NCBI RefSeq assembly: GCF_009914755.1
Contig: NC_060947.1
Reading direction: 5' to 3' (one strand)
DNA length: 64,000 bases
Source: the human T2T-CHM13v2.0 reference genome, Homo sapiens
Both the position numbers and the translations under genes were made by a program. Of the stretch, positions 29,782 to 43,497 are shown piece after piece. How positions within the stretch are numbered: position 1 is the first letter of the stretch; each line of letters begins with the position of its first letter. The notes under the pieces were generated by a model. The model worked only from the letters and a program-made list of their open reading frames with translations. It was not told the DNA's origin and did not search any database.

Positions 29782-31915
29782 ATATAAACAATAATGTCTT
29801 GCTGGAATACAAGAATGTAAGACAAAAAATAAATGATAGGTCATAGATAAAGCATTCATGAAGCAAGTAAAAGTGTCAATTCATATTAAACTCTTATGAG
29901 TTAATGAATTTCCATTTTTATAGTAAACACTAAAATAATAGCAAAAAGGTATAAAATCTTCAAGCTAATAGAGTATATATGTGTATTTTAGAATGCTTGA
30001 ATATACTCAATCTATATTCATTCTAAAATAAGGCAAGCAAGAGAAAATAAGAATATAGGCAGGTGGAATGAATAGAAATCACTTAATAAGCTGAACATTT
30101 TTAATGCAAATGTATTTGTAATTATAGTAACTATACATAGAGTAATGCTCCAATTAACTAAATACTGTCCAACTGGATCCTGCCAAGTCTCAACTATATG
30201 CTATTTATAGAACACAACTTCAAAACATAAAGGGAAAAGAGTGAAAGTAAATGAATGGGTAAAGACCATGCAAACTCTAACCAACATGTGGCTGGTATAG
30301 CTATGACAACATCAGATAAGGAAGACTTTAAAGCAAAAAGAATTACCAGAGAAAAAAATGACAATAGTAGGTAAAAATTAAGAATTAAATTTATGAGGAA
30401 ATATTAACTATTCTAAATTTATATACTTAGTAACATGTCTTCAAAATATCTAAAGAAAACACTGACAGTAGTAAAAGAAGAAAAAGAAAAACCCAGAAAC
30501 ATGGTAAAATTTAATACACTTTCATCAGTAAATGATGGAATAAACACAAACAAGTTAGCAAAGACAAAGAATATGCAAAAGAACATTAAACCAAGTAACT
30601 ATAGAATACATATTCTCCAAATACCCACACAACATGTAGAGAACTGTCCATTTTGCTGGGCCATAATACAATTATCTACATATTTCAAATGAACAAAATC
30701 ATAAAATAATTTTTTAGCTATAATATAATCATATTAGGAAACAATAATGAAAAAGTAACTAGAAAAGTCCCATTGTTTAGAAGTTAAGCAATATGCTTGT
30801 AAATAATCCAACGGAAATCGAAAATATTATGAACTGAATAATAGCAAAAATACTATTTAGTAAACTTACTATTTATTAAAACTTACAGGATTTGACTTCT
30901 ACTTCTGAGTAAAATGGAATAGTTCATGGCAGGTCAATATTTCCACTGAAAACAATTAGAAAAAAGATAGATTTCAAAAATTATATATATATTTATAGAC
31001 ACCCAATAACTGTAGAAGTAAGCAAGACTAGAGGGAATACAATTCCAGAATGAGGACAGTCTTTCGGAGGTAAACTGAGGCTCCACAGCTGTCTCCGAGA
31101 ATATGTCCTGATTCTGAACATGGATCTGAGCTTGAGAATTTGAGCTAGGTCTAGGTGGAGAGCTGCTGCTGATGGACTTTTTGACAGCTACACAGAGCTG
31201 AAGTAAAAAAATGTAGATTAGACAGGCCTCAAATAGACAATTTATTTCTCCTTCAAGATATTTGCTAAACTCCAAAGCTAAACTGAAGAGGAAGATAAAG
31301 AGATTAAGCCAAAACTTAAAGCAAAGTAGAATTATTTCCACAGTCTCTAGGTGATTAGGAGGCAAAGGTTGGGGGTACAGGATTGGCAGGACTAAGAACA
31401 AATAACATATGAAAGCATTAGAGGGAGTAGTAAATTAACACCCACATCTTCCAACCACCTTTTGCAGATCTGGAACCTGCTGAAAGATAAGAATCCACAC
31501 TTGGTCCTTGGCAGAACTTTTGGCAGACGGTAATGACAAAATTGGAGTCTTGAAGGATGCTAAATGCACAGCTGGTCTCTCCCTCAAAAGATTTGCCAAA
31601 TTCTGAATCTTCACAGGGCAAGAGGCTAAAGAAATAATTCAAAAACCTCTGAATCACACAGGAAAAAAAATGCCCATAGTCTCTTAGCACCGAGGTTACA
31701 AAGACCTGCCATGTACTCAAATAAATGTCCTGGGGTACAAGCCATAGAAATGGTAAATTGAGATTCATTAAACTAAATGCCAGCTTCCACCAGCTCAGTC
31801 TGTGATTAAAGTATAATATTTAGCTCCCTACTCTATCTGCCTAGCAAAGGAGATTTGGATAATTACACAAGGCTGAAGCGGCAGAACTTAGATTAGACAG
31901 GCCTCCAATAGATGA
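29782..31915 (+). mobile_element. Old L1M fragments (inter-ORF/EN region to ~30890, then an L1M 5' region)
   Basis: Degenerate EN motifs (caactatatgctattt, gtagctatgacaacatcag-like); 5' end gacttctacttctg. Confidence 0.55.
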
Positions 31916-32059
31916 CTATAGACAAATTATAGATCATGTGAAATCTATAATAGCTGGTGAGGGGGAAATCATGTGAGATAATAAGTATAAAAGCGCAATA
32001 AATGATATGTATTCAGATATCTTAATTTTACAAACAAAATGTTGACCAAAAAGACATCA

Positions 32060-32510
32060 GCTTTGAAGACAGACAGGTCTGTGTATAAACCACATACTCA
32101 GAAATAGTTTTTTGACCTTAAAAAAGTTATTTAACCTTCTAGGCTTCAGTTTATTTATTTGTAAATGGAAATAAATAATAGCAAGCAGAGAATATGCTCT
32201 CATAAGAATTACGAGATAATACATTTAAAGTAATTAAAACAATCTCTGAAATGTAAAAAATAATGGTTTCATTATTATTGCTGTCGTCATTACTACTGTG
32301 ACAAAGAAATAGTAGCTTTTAGAATACTTTCCATTTTGCCAAATGCCTTTGCATTTATTATCTCACTTGATTCCTCCCTGCAATTAATATAAATGAACCA
32401 AAGATCATGTTCTGCATATTTCAAATAATGAATAAACTGAGACTCCCAAAAGAGAAATGACTTGCTCAGAGACAGGCAACAAGGTACTGAAGAACCAGGA
32501 CTAGAGCCCT
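32060..32510. mobile_element. Two MIR relics (plus ~32060-32290, minus ~32320-32510)
   Basis: MIR core aagttatttaacc...cttcagtt...tgtaaatgg and its reverse aaactgagact...tgacttgctcag. Confidence 0.7.
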
Positions 32511-32639
32511 CAGCTATTCACACTTGTCCCGCTTTGTACAACTCCACATTACCTGCAAACAGGATATGAATCTATTCCATTACGCATATTGAACTCAAAT
32601 GTTGTCTGCTGCTGAATGGGGCTTAGGAGCATTTTCTCA

Positions 32640-33490
32640 ATATCCAAGGATGACACAAACATTCAGCTGATTGAGTACTAAGATAAATCTTACAGTTCAT
32701 TTATTCTATCAACTTTCCCCTGCCCTCACTCATGCCATCACATTCCTCCATAGCCAACTTAAAGTCCATGGCATGGTCCATCATTCTAATCACTTCCTTG
32801 TGCACACAACACAATAAACTTCCTTGTCTCTATCTCCCTTCATCATACTAAATTAGCAAAACAAAATTCTGGTTAAATCTAATTCATTGCCTACTCTTAA
32901 GCCGTGCCTGACTGAGCAGCTGAATATGTGAATGTAACTGGACCAAAAATACATAACCAAGTTGGCTTCTCCAAATTCAAGCTGATCTTTGGTGCTGTTC
33001 AACAATCCTACCACATGTCCTTTCCATCTATTTTCCCACTCTCCAAGAAGACCATTTCTCACCTTCTCTTTACTGAAATTGCCTCACCTCCTTCCTATCC
33101 TCCCTCTCAATTGATGCCCTTGCTTTCTATTTCATTAAGAAAATCTAGGCCATCAGAAGAGAATGTCTATATGCTTCCCACATCTCCTTGCCCACCAGTA
33201 TCGTGCATACATATTATGCTTTCTTTTTAGTGACTATGGATAAACTGTCCTTGCTCTTACCCCTCCACTTGTGAACTGTGTGTCAACTTCTCTGTCCTTT
33301 TAAGGATAACACTATAGAAATTCTACTCTCTTGTGAATCACTACTTATTTCTTTTTACTGGAGAATCCTCATCAGCATTCTGTGATACATCTCATTTTTG
33401 AAACCTTTCTCTTAAACCCACGTCTTCTCCCAGCTACAATCTCATTTGCTGCCTTTACAGCAACACTCTTTTAAAAAGTCATCTAAACTC
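32640..33490 (+). mobile_element. L2 fragments
   Basis: Pyrimidine-rich degenerate L2-like sequence (cctttacagcaacactct). Confidence 0.5.
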
Positions 33491-34550
33491 ACTCCCTATC
33501 CCCGATTTTTTATATTTTCCAAGTTTTATTGAGGCATGATTAGAAAATTCAAGTTGTATACAGTTAAAGTGTATACAATATATAATTTGGCGTAGTATAT
33601 ATTGTGAAATTATTATAACAATCAAGCTAAATTAACACACCACTACCTCACATAGTTTCTGCTTTTTTTCTTTATTAGGAGGTGTGAATGCTTAAGATCT
33701 ACAGCTTTAACAAATTTTAAGTATACTTATTATTAACTATATTCACCATTCTGTATATCATATTGCCAGAACTTATTTTGTAAGTTAAAGTTTTGACCGA
33801 AATCTCCCTACTTCCCCAATTCCACAGCCTCTGGCAACCACTGTTCTACTGTCTTCTTTGACTGTTCTAGATTCTACATATAAGTCTTTCTTTGTCTGGC
33901 TAGTTTTGCTTAGCATAATGTCCTCCAGGTTCATCCATGTTGTCACAAATGTCAGGATTACTTTTTTATGGCTTAATCGTACTCCATTGTCTATATGTGC
34001 AACATTTTATTTATCCATTCATCTGTTGATGGACAGAGACTGCCTCTATATCTTAGCTATTGTAAATAATGCTGAAATGGACATAGGGGTGCAGATATTT
34101 CTTCAAGATAATTGTTTCATTTCCTTTGGGTATATACCCAGTAGTGGGATTAGTAAATCATATGATCAAGTCTGCTTCTGAAGCTCTGTCTTGAATTTGT
34201 CTTTTCTGTCACATTCTTCAGCTGTTTGGTCATTTTTTACAGTTTATGTTTCTTCATTAAACTTCTTATTTTGCTCATGTATTGTCCTCATTTCATTTAG
34301 TATTCTGTGTTCTTGATATGGTTTGGCTGTGTCCCCACCCAAATCTCATATTGAATTGTAGTTCTCATAGTCCCCACATGTAGTGGGAGAGACCTGGTGG
34401 AAGGTAATAGAAACGTGGGGGTGGTTTTTCCCAGGCTATTCTTGTGATATTAAGTTCTCACGAGGTCAGATGGTTTCATAAGGGGCTTCCCCCTTCACTC
34501 AGCTCTCATTCTTCTCCTTCCTGGCATCTTTTTTTTTTTTAAAAAAAAAA

Positions 34551-35484
34551 GGAGAAAATTTTTGCAATCTACTCAGCTGACGAAGGGCTAATATCCAGAA
34601 TCTACAATGAACTCAAACAAATTTACAAGAGAAAAAACAAACAATCCCATCAAAAAGTGGGCAAAGGATATGAACAGACACTTCTCAAAAGAAGACATTT
34701 ATGCAGCCAACAGACACATGAAAAAATGCTCATCATCACTGGCCATCAGAGAAATGCAAATCAAAACCACAGTGAGATACCATCTCACACCTGTTAGAAT
34801 GGCGATCATTAAAAAGTCAGGAAACAACAGGTGCTGGAGAGGATGTGGAGAAACAGGAACACTTTTACACTGTCGGTGGGACTGTAAACTAGTTCAACCA
34901 TTGTGGAAGTCAGTGTGGCGATTCCTCAGGGATCTAGAACTAGAAATACCATGTGACCCAGCAATCCCATTACTGGGTATATACCCAAAGGATTATAAAT
35001 CATGCTGCTATAAAGACACATGCACACATATGTTTATTGCGGCACTATTCACAATAGCAAAGACTTGGAACCAACCCAAATGTCCATCAATGATAGACTG
35101 GATTAAGAAAATGTGGCACATATACACCATGGAATACTATGCAGCCATAAAAAAGGATGAGTTCATGTCCTTTGTAGGCACATGGATGAAGCTGGAAACC
35201 ATCATTCTCAGCAAACTATCTCAAGGACAAAAAACCAAACACCGCATGTTCTCACTCATAGGTGGGAATTGAACAATGAGAACACATGGACACAGGAAGG
35301 GGAACATCACACACCGGGGCCTGTTGTGGGGAGTGGGGAGGGGGGAGGGATAGCATTAGGAGATATACTTAATGTTAAATGACGAGTTAATGGGTGCCGC
35401 ACACCAACATGGCACATGTATACATATGTAACAAACCTGCACGTTGTGCACATGTACCCTAAAACTTAAAGTATAATAAAAAAA
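34551..35484 (+). mobile_element. 5'-truncated L1PA4/5-like insertion in the THE1 5' LTR
   Basis: Open ORF2 C-terminus in track 34607-35272 (RCWRGCGE...[13 protein letters not shown]); AAAAAAAGGA on both flanks. Confidence 0.93.
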
Positions 35485-36060
35485 GGATGTGTTTGCTTCT
35501 CCTTCTACAATAAGTCTAAGTTTCCTGAGGCCTCCCCAGCCATGCTGAACTGTGAGTCAATCTAACCTCTTTTCTTTTAAATTGCCCAGTCTCCCTCATG
35601 TCTTTATTAGCAGCACAAGAATGAATTAATATAGTAGATTGGTACTGCTAGAGTGGCTTGCTGCTATAAGGATACCTGAAAATGTGAAAGTGACTTAGGA
35701 ACTGGGAAACAGGCAGAGGTTGGAACAGTTTAGAGGGCTCAGAAGAAGACAGGAAAATGTGGGAAAGTTTGGAACTTCCTAGAGACCTGGAGGGCTCAGA
35801 AGACAGGAAGATGTGGGAAAGTTTGGAACTTCCTAGCGACTTGTTGAATGACTTTCACCAAAATGCTGATAGTGGAATGGACGATGAAGTCCAGGCTGAA
35901 GTGGTCTCAGATGGAGATGAGGAACTTGTTGAGGACTGGAGCAAAAGTGACTCTTGTTATGCTTTAGCGAAGATACTGCTGGCATTTTGCCCCTGCCCTA
36001 GAGATCTGTGGAGCTTTAAACTTGAGAGAGATGATTTAAAGTATCTGGAATAAGAAGTGT

Positions 36061-38229
36061 CTTTTTTTTTATTTTTTTATTTCCATAGGTTTGGGGGGCA
36101 TAGGTGGTATTTGGTTACATGAGTAAGTTCTTTAGTGGTGATTTGTGAGATTTTGGTGCACGCATCACCCAAGCAGTATACACTGAACCCGATTTGTAGT
36201 CGTTTTTTCCTCACCCGCTTCCCACCTTTCTCCCTGAGTCCCCAAAGTCTATTGGGTCATTCTTATGCCCTTGCATCCTCATAGCTTGGCTCCCACTTAT
36301 GAGTGAGAACATACGATGTTTGGTTTTCCATTCCTGAGTTACTTCACTTAGAATAATAGTCTCCAATCTCATCCAGGTTGCTGTGAATGCCACTAAGTCA
36401 TTCCTTTTTATGACTGAGTAGCATTCCATCATATATATATATATACCACAGTTTCTTTATACACTCATTGATTGATGGACATTTGGGTTGGCTCCTCATT
36501 TTTGCAATTGTGAATTGTGCTGCTATGAACATGCATGTGCAAGTATCTTTTTCGTATCATGACTTCTTTTCCTCTAGTTAGATACCCAGTAGCAGAATTG
36601 CCAGATCAAATGGTAGTTCTACTTTTAGTTCTCTAAGGAATCTCCACACTGTTTTCCATAGTGGTCATAGTAGTTTACATTCCTACCAGCAACGTAGAAG
36701 TGTTCCCTGTCCACTGCATCCATGCCAACATCTATCATTTTTTTTTTCCGATTTTTTGATTATGGCCATTCTTGCAGGAGTAAGGTGGTATCACATTGTA
36801 GTTTTCATTTGCATTTCCCTGATCATTAGTGATGTTGAGCATTTTTTCATATGTTTACTGGCCATTTGTATATTTTCTTTTGAGAATTGTCTATTCATGT
36901 CCTTAGCCCACTTTTCGATGGCATTGTTTTTTTCTTGCTAGCTTTTTTGAGTTCCCTGTAGATTCTGGATATTAGTCCTTTGTCAGATGTATAGATTGTG
37001 AAGATTTTCTCCCACTCTGTGGATTGTCTGTTTACTCTGCCGACTGTTCCTTTTGCCATGCAAAAGCTCTTTAGTTTAATTAAGTCCCAGCTATTTATCT
37101 TTGTTTTTATTGCATTTGCTTTTGGGTTCTTGGTCATGAAATCCTTGACAAAGCCAATGTCTATAAGGGTTTTTCCAATGTTGTCTTCTGGAATTTCTAT
37201 AGTTTCAGGTCTTAGGTTTAAGTCCTTAATCCACCTTGAGTTGATTTTTGTATAAGGTGAGAGATGAGGATCCAGTTTAATTCTCCTGCATGTGGCTTGC
37301 CAATTATCCCAGTACCATTTGTTGAATATGGTGTCCATTCCCCACTTGTATGTTTTTGTTTGCTTTGTCGAAGATCAGTTGGCTTAAGAATTTGGGGTTT
37401 ATTTCTGGGTTCTCTATTCTGTATCATTGGTATATGCCTATTTTTATACCAGTACCATGCTGTTTTGGTCACTATGACCTTATAGTATAATGTGAAGTCA
37501 GATAATGTGATACCTCCAGATTTCAGTGTAATAAAAGCCATCTGTGACAAACCCACAGCCAACATAACACTGAATGGGGAAAAGCTGAAAGCATTCCCTC
37601 TGAGAACTGGAACAAGACAAGTTTGCCCACTCTCACCACTTCTATTCAACATAGTGCTGGAAATCTTAGCCAGAGCAATCAGACTAGAGAAAGAAATAAG
37701 GGGCATCCAAATCGGTAAAGAGGAAGTCAAACTGTTGCTGTTTGGTGATGATATGATTTACCTAGAAAACCCTAAAGACTCCTCCAGAAAGCTCCTACAA
37801 CTGAAAAAGAACTTGGCAAAGTTTCCAGATACAATATTAATGTACACAAATCAGTAGCTCTTCTATACACCAACAGCGACCAAGCTGAGAATCAAATCAA
37901 GAACTTAACCCCTTTTACAATAGCTGCAAAAATAAAATAAAATATTTAAGAATATACCTAACCAAGGAGGTGAAAGACCTCTGCAAGGAAAACTGCAAAA
38001 CACTGCTGAAAGAAATCATACACAACACACACACAAAAAAAATGGAAACACTTCTAATGCTCATGGATGGGTAGAATCAATATTGTAAAAATGACCATAC
38101 TGCCAAAAGCAATCTACAAATTTAATGCAATTCCCATTAAAATACAACCACCATTATTCATAGAACTAGAAAGAAAATCCTAAAATTCATATGGAACCAA
38201 AAATGAGCCCACATAGCCAAAGCAAGACT
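36061..38229 (-). mobile_element. 5'-inverted L1PB1-like insertion in the THE1 internal region
   Basis: Poly(T) plus antisense 3' part 36061-37523; sense inverted part 37524-38229; degenerate TSD tggaataagaagtgtct / tggcagaagaaatttct. Confidence 0.9.
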
Positions 38230-40359
38230 TGGCAGAAGAAATTTCTAAGCAGCAAAGCATTCAAGAGGAAGCAGAGCATAAGAGTTTGAAAAATTTGCAG
38301 CCTGACAATGCAATAGAAGAGAAGAACCCATTTTCTGGGGAGAAATTCAAGCCAGCTGCAGAAATTTGCATAAATAACAAGGAGCTGAATGTTAATCACC
38401 AAGACAATGAAAAAAAATGTCTCCAGGGCATGTTAGAGACTTTCATGGCAGCCCCTTTGATCACAGGCCCAAAGGCCTAGGAGGAAAAATGGTTTCCTGG
38501 GTCAGGCCCAGTACCTCCTGCTATGTGCAGCCTAGGGACTTGGTGCCCTGCATCCCAGCTGTTTCAGTGTGGCTAAAAGAGGCCAAGGTACAGCTCGGGC
38601 TATGGCTTCACAGAATGTAAACCCTAAGCCTTGGCAGCTTCCACATGGTGTTGAGCCTATGGGTGCACAGAAGTCAAGAATTGAGGTTTGGGAACTTCTG
38701 CCTAGATTTCAGAGGATGAATGGAAACACCTGGATGTCCAGGCAGAAGTTTGCTGCAGTAGTGGAGCCCTCATGGAGACCCTCTGCTAGGACAACATGGA
38801 AGGCAAATGTGGGGTTGGAGCCCCCACACACAGTCCCCACTGGGGCACTGCCTGTTGGAGCTGTGAGAAGAGGGCTACCGTCCTCCAGGCCCCAGAATGG
38901 TAGATCCACCTACAGCTTGCCCCCATGCATCTAGAAAAGCCACAGGCACTCAACACTGGCCCGTGGAAACATCTGGGAGGGGGGGCTGTACCCTGCAATG
39001 CCACAGGGGTGGATCTGCCTATGGCCATGGGAGCCCACCTCTTGCATCAGCATGACCTAGATGTGAGACATGGAGTCACAGGAGATTATTTTGGAGCTTT
39101 AAGATTTAATTACTGCCTCATTGGATTTCAAACTGGTATGGGGCCTGTAGCCCTTTGTTTTGGCAAATTTCTCCCTTTTGGAATGGGTGTATTTATCCAA
39201 TGCCTGTACCTCCATTGTATCTAGGAAGTAATTGACTTGCTTTTGATTTTACAAGCTCATAGGTAGAAGAGACTTGCCTTGTCTCAGATGAGACTTTTTA
39301 CTTGGACTTTTGACTAATGCTGGAATGAGCTAAGACTTTGGGGGACTGTTGGAAAGGCATGATTGTGTTTTGAAATGTGAGGACATGAAATTTGGGAGGG
39401 GTCAGGGGTGGTATGATATGATTTGGCTGTGTCCCCACCTGAATGTCATCTTGAATTGTAGTTCCCATAATCCCCATGTGTGGTGGGAAGGTCCAGGTGG
39501 GAGGTAATTGAATCATGGGGGCGGTTTTCCCCATGCTATTCTTGTGATAGTAAGTTCTCGTGAGATCTGATGGTTTTATAAGGGGCTTCCACTTCGCTCT
39601 GCTCTCATTCTTCTCTGTCCTGATGCTTTGTGAAGAAAGATGTGTTTGCTTGCCCTTCCACCATAATTGTAAGTTTCCTGAGGCTTTCCTAGCCATGCTG
39701 AACCGTGAGTCAATTAAACCTATTTTCTTTATAAATTACCCAGTCTCAGGTATTTCTTTACTAGCAGTGTGAGAACAGACTAACACAGTCCTCTTGCATC
39801 CCATTAAGCTTCCGTATGATGATTATTTCAAATTCTTGTCAGGAAATTTGTAGATCTTCTCATTTATTTGGAATCAGTTACTGGTGATTTAATAGTTCCC
39901 TTTAGTGTTGTCATGTTTATTTGATTCTTCATGATTCATGCATGTAGCCTTGTGTTGGTATCTGTGCATTTGAAAGAGAAAACACCTCTTCCAGTCTTTA
40001 CAAACTGGTTTTGGCAGGCAGTGACTTTCTCCTGTTGGGCCCTCAGGCTGATGGGATTTCCTCTGGTATCACAGTTAAGTGTGGTTGGAGCTGGGTCACA
40101 TGGATGCTGCTGGATCTGTAGTGAAGTCTACAGTTGGTAGGCCTTTTACTTGAGGCTCAGTTGAGCATGAATCCTATGTGGTCCCTGGGAAGACAGGACT
40201 GCCTCCAGGAAATTGGTCAGTGGGGTTGGTGCTGGAACAAGGGCCTACAATTGGATCTGCAGTTGGATCCACAAACAAGAAGTCTGTTACCAGGTGCATA
40301 AACCAGTGTGGTTCCCACTGCATCCCTTAGAAAGCTCTCACTGGTTCACTGAGCATGTC

Positions 40360-40713
40360 TGAATTAGTCAGTTTTCACACTGCTAATAAAGACATACCTG
40401 AGACTAGGTAATTTATAAAGGAAAGAGGTTTAATAAACTCACAGTTCCACATGGCTGGGGAGGCCTCACAATCATGGCTGAAAGCAAATGAGGAGCAAAG
40501 TCACATCTTACATGATGGCAGGCAAGAGAGCTTGTGCAGAAGAACTCCCATTTATAAAGCCATCAGATCTCATGAGACTTATTCACTACCACGAGAACAG
40601 TATGGGGGAATCGCCCCCATGATTCAATTATCTCCACCTGGCCCTGCCCTTGACAGTGGGGATTATTACAATTGAAGGTGAGATTTGGGTTGGGACACAG
40701 CCAAACCATATCA
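40360..40713 (-). mobile_element. Solo THE1 LTR
   Basis: tgaattagtcagttttcacac...gggacacagccaaaccatatca; TSD ATGTC/ATATC. Confidence 0.92.
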
Positions 40714-41369
40714 ATATCCTTTGGAAGGCAAGACTGACCCTGGATTGCAGCTAAGCAGTGGTGGAATTAAGTCACGGGGCTGTTTCAAGTTGCACAGACA
40801 GGACCAAGGTCTGCAGGCCTGCCTCCATTGGCATAGACATTGTGTCTCTCTCTGGGACCTTGAGAAGACAGGCTCTCTCCTGGAAAATGGTTGAGAGAGG
40901 GAGCAAAGTCTGAAGGTCTGCCTCTGGGGATAAGTTGGATGTGACTCCTCCCATGTCCCTTAGAAAATAGTACTGGTGGCAGAACCAAGGCTAAATGGGG
41001 CTTACGCTAAATCCAAAAGGGGATGAGGCAATATCCAGGTTTGTAGCTGGGACCATAAACAGTAAGAAGGCAGGGCACAGGCCTGCTCTCTCAAAACAGC
41101 CCCTCCCAGTCTTAGGCTCCACTCAGTTTTCACAAACTCCTACCTCAATCCCAAAGGTCCTACAGAAACACTTTTTTTTTTCCTGTGGATGGCTGACAAA
41201 TTATTGTTGCTGCAGGGGGTATATTCAAGTGAAAACCTCCTATTCCACCATCTTGCTTCCCAATTTCTATCTTTGTACTTCCTGTTGAATTGGCTGTACT
41301 GATATTTTTATATAGCATACCACTTAACTCCACCTTCGCTGAATTATTTGGCAAATCCAGATCCTATGG

Positions 41370-42560
41370 ATAATTAATGTGACTTTTCAGCAACATTTGA
41401 TAGAAGTAACCACTCATTCCTTCTTGAAAGATTTTATTTATTTAGATTCCTGGATACTACACTCTCCCTTTTTTATTTTTCTCCCATCCCCTGGCTAGTC
41501 ATCATTAGTCTCCTTTGCTAGCCATTTATTGCTCCGCCTCAGGTGTTGGAAAGCCCTAGAGCTTAGTGCTTAAACCTTATCTCTTTTCTCTATGCTCACT
41601 CCTTAAACGATATCCAGGCTGTTCACTGTACTTATGTTAATATGCCGATGACTCTAGAATTTCTATTTCCAGACCAGATCTCTTCCTTAATGTGAACCTC
41701 AAACTTAACACATCCAAGACCAAACTCCAGATTTTTACCCCTTAATCTGTTCTTCCTATAGTCTTCACAATCTCATTAAACGGTAATTACAACCTTTCCA
41801 TTATGGATGCCACAAATAACTTGAGAGTTATCTTTACTTCACTCTTCTTCTCACACCCTATATCCAATCCATGGACAAATATTGGCTGTATTTCAAAGAA
41901 CATTCATAATCTGGCCACATCCATTTACACTGCTACCACTCTAGTTCCCCACCTCCATCTTCAGCTTGGCCTATTTTAATAGCCCCATAGTTTCCTGCTT
42001 CCATCTTTGAACCCCTACTGCCTATTCTTTACAGTGCAACCAGAGTTAGCCTTTCAAAACACATGTAATATTGCATCACTCATTTATTAAAATGTTTACA
42101 ATAGCTTACTAAATCACTCCGAGTGAAATCCAAAGTCTTCATTTTGGCATACAAAACGCTAAATAACTTTTTGAACTTTAACTCCTACTGCTGTTTTTCT
42201 ACATAATTTCACTTAACTCCTTGCTATTCCCAAATACATCAAGTATGTTCCCACCTCTGCCTGGAATACTCTCTCAGTGCACAGTTCTCTCCCTTCTTCC
42301 AAGTATCTATTTAAATGTAACCTTAATATAAAGGACTTCACTATCTTACTAAACGAAACATTAGCAACCCTCACACCCCCATACACCTTCCCCTTTACTT
42401 CGTTGTTTTTTCTTCATCACACTTATCAGATCAACTTTTTGTCTATTTTCTACCCCTCTACCAGAATATCTTCATGAGGGTAAACAGTTTGCCTGATTTT
42501 CACACTGTTTTGTCTCCAGCAAATAGAACAACTCTTGGTACACAAAAAGTTCACCATGAA
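41370..42560 (+). mobile_element. L2 3' region
   Basis: cagcaacatttga...ccttcttgaaa, cctcaaacttaacacatccaa, ctctgcctggaatact. Confidence 0.8.
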
Positions 42561-42565
42561 TGTTT

Positions 42566-42667
42566 AATACATCTGCAAAGTCACTTTTGACATGTAAGGT
42601 AAAATATTCACAGGTTCATAGAATTAGGACATGGACATATTTTGAGGGACATTATTCAGCCTACTAT
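42566..42667 (-). mobile_element. MLT1 LTR fragment
   Basis: catctgcaaagtc...aaggtaaaatattcacagg...ttaggacatggacat...attcagccta. Confidence 0.75.
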
Positions 42668-43164
42668 AAGATTAAAGAACAATTCAAGTAAAATAGGTAA
42701 CATTTATATAGTGCTTACTACGTACAAGGCCATCATTCTGAGCATTTTACAAACAATTATCTTAGTGAATTCTCCCAAACCACACTAATTGATTGTTACT
42801 ATTGTTATTTCCATTTTACAGCTATTTAGCAAGGATCTTTTTTTCTTTCCAGGGTAGCAGTGTATCAAAAAGGAGTTTGGGTTAGGTAATCAACAGGATA
42901 TTTTTCAAATCTAAACTTCCAGGATTCTGATATTTTGCTGGACTAATTTAGTTCATAAGGAGGGCAAAAAGTGGTTCTGCTGCTCTTACTGGCACAAAAT
43001 TCAAAATGATCTAGAATAAAACTATCTCTCTGCCAACTGTTCATACCTGTCACTACCATCCAACCCTCTGTCATGAGGCTCCACCTTAATGCAATAATTC
43101 ACCACCACCCACTCAAACTCTCATATGCTTTTTGGCTTATCTCTGCAGACAGTAAAGTTCATCA

Positions 43165-43497
43165 AATATTCCTTCTGCTCTCCTACATTTTTCAGCCCCC
43201 ATAATGGTAGGCAGAACCATACTACTAGTTCTGGCTCATTCAATGTGTGTGAAAGGAGCATGAGCCACTTCTAGGCTGAGGCAGTGAAAATCCACTATTT
43301 CCTTTCTTCTACCATGAGAATATAAGATGCCCTCAGCCTGTGTCCCTGAGGCTCTGGAACAGAGCTCCTCATGCCAACCAGACTTAGAAACGTACTTAAA
43401 GAAAGAAAGAAAGGAATGTTAGTTTTGTCTGGACATCAAGATGGGGCAGGGGAAATCTGTTACCACAGCATTGTCTAGACAAACCTCACTAACATAG
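43165..43497 (+). mobile_element. Old MLT1 (I/J-like) LTR
   Basis: gccacttctaggctgaggcagtgaaa...gttaccacagca...actaaca. Confidence 0.55.

Larger units (their letters stand above)
34314..39787 (+). mobile_element. Full THE1 (C/D-like) MaLR provirus: LTR 34314-35633, internal 35634-39413, LTR 39414-39787
   Basis: tgatatggtttggctgtgtcccc LTR starts; internal begins gtagattggtact; 5-bp TSD GTTCT/GTCCT. Confidence 0.93.
33510..41262 (-). mobile_element. L1MA-type element on minus (3' end 33510-34165; ORF1/5' UTR 34170-34313 and 39788-41262), split by THE1 insertions
   Basis: Antisense 3' UTR and ORF2 end; 5' terminus reads ggaagcaagatggtggaata on minus at ~41260. Confidence 0.7.

Noticed and set aside
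35530-35545. PRDM9 hotspot-like motif in a THE1 LTR
   Set aside because: Reads CCTCCCCAGCCAT, not the CCTCCCT core associated with THE1A/B hotspots; the other LTRs also lack it
35735-35845. Tandem duplication in THE1 internal sequence (MWESLELP twice)
   Set aside because: Also present in the second THE1 (~51800-51905), so probably a subfamily feature rather than a local event
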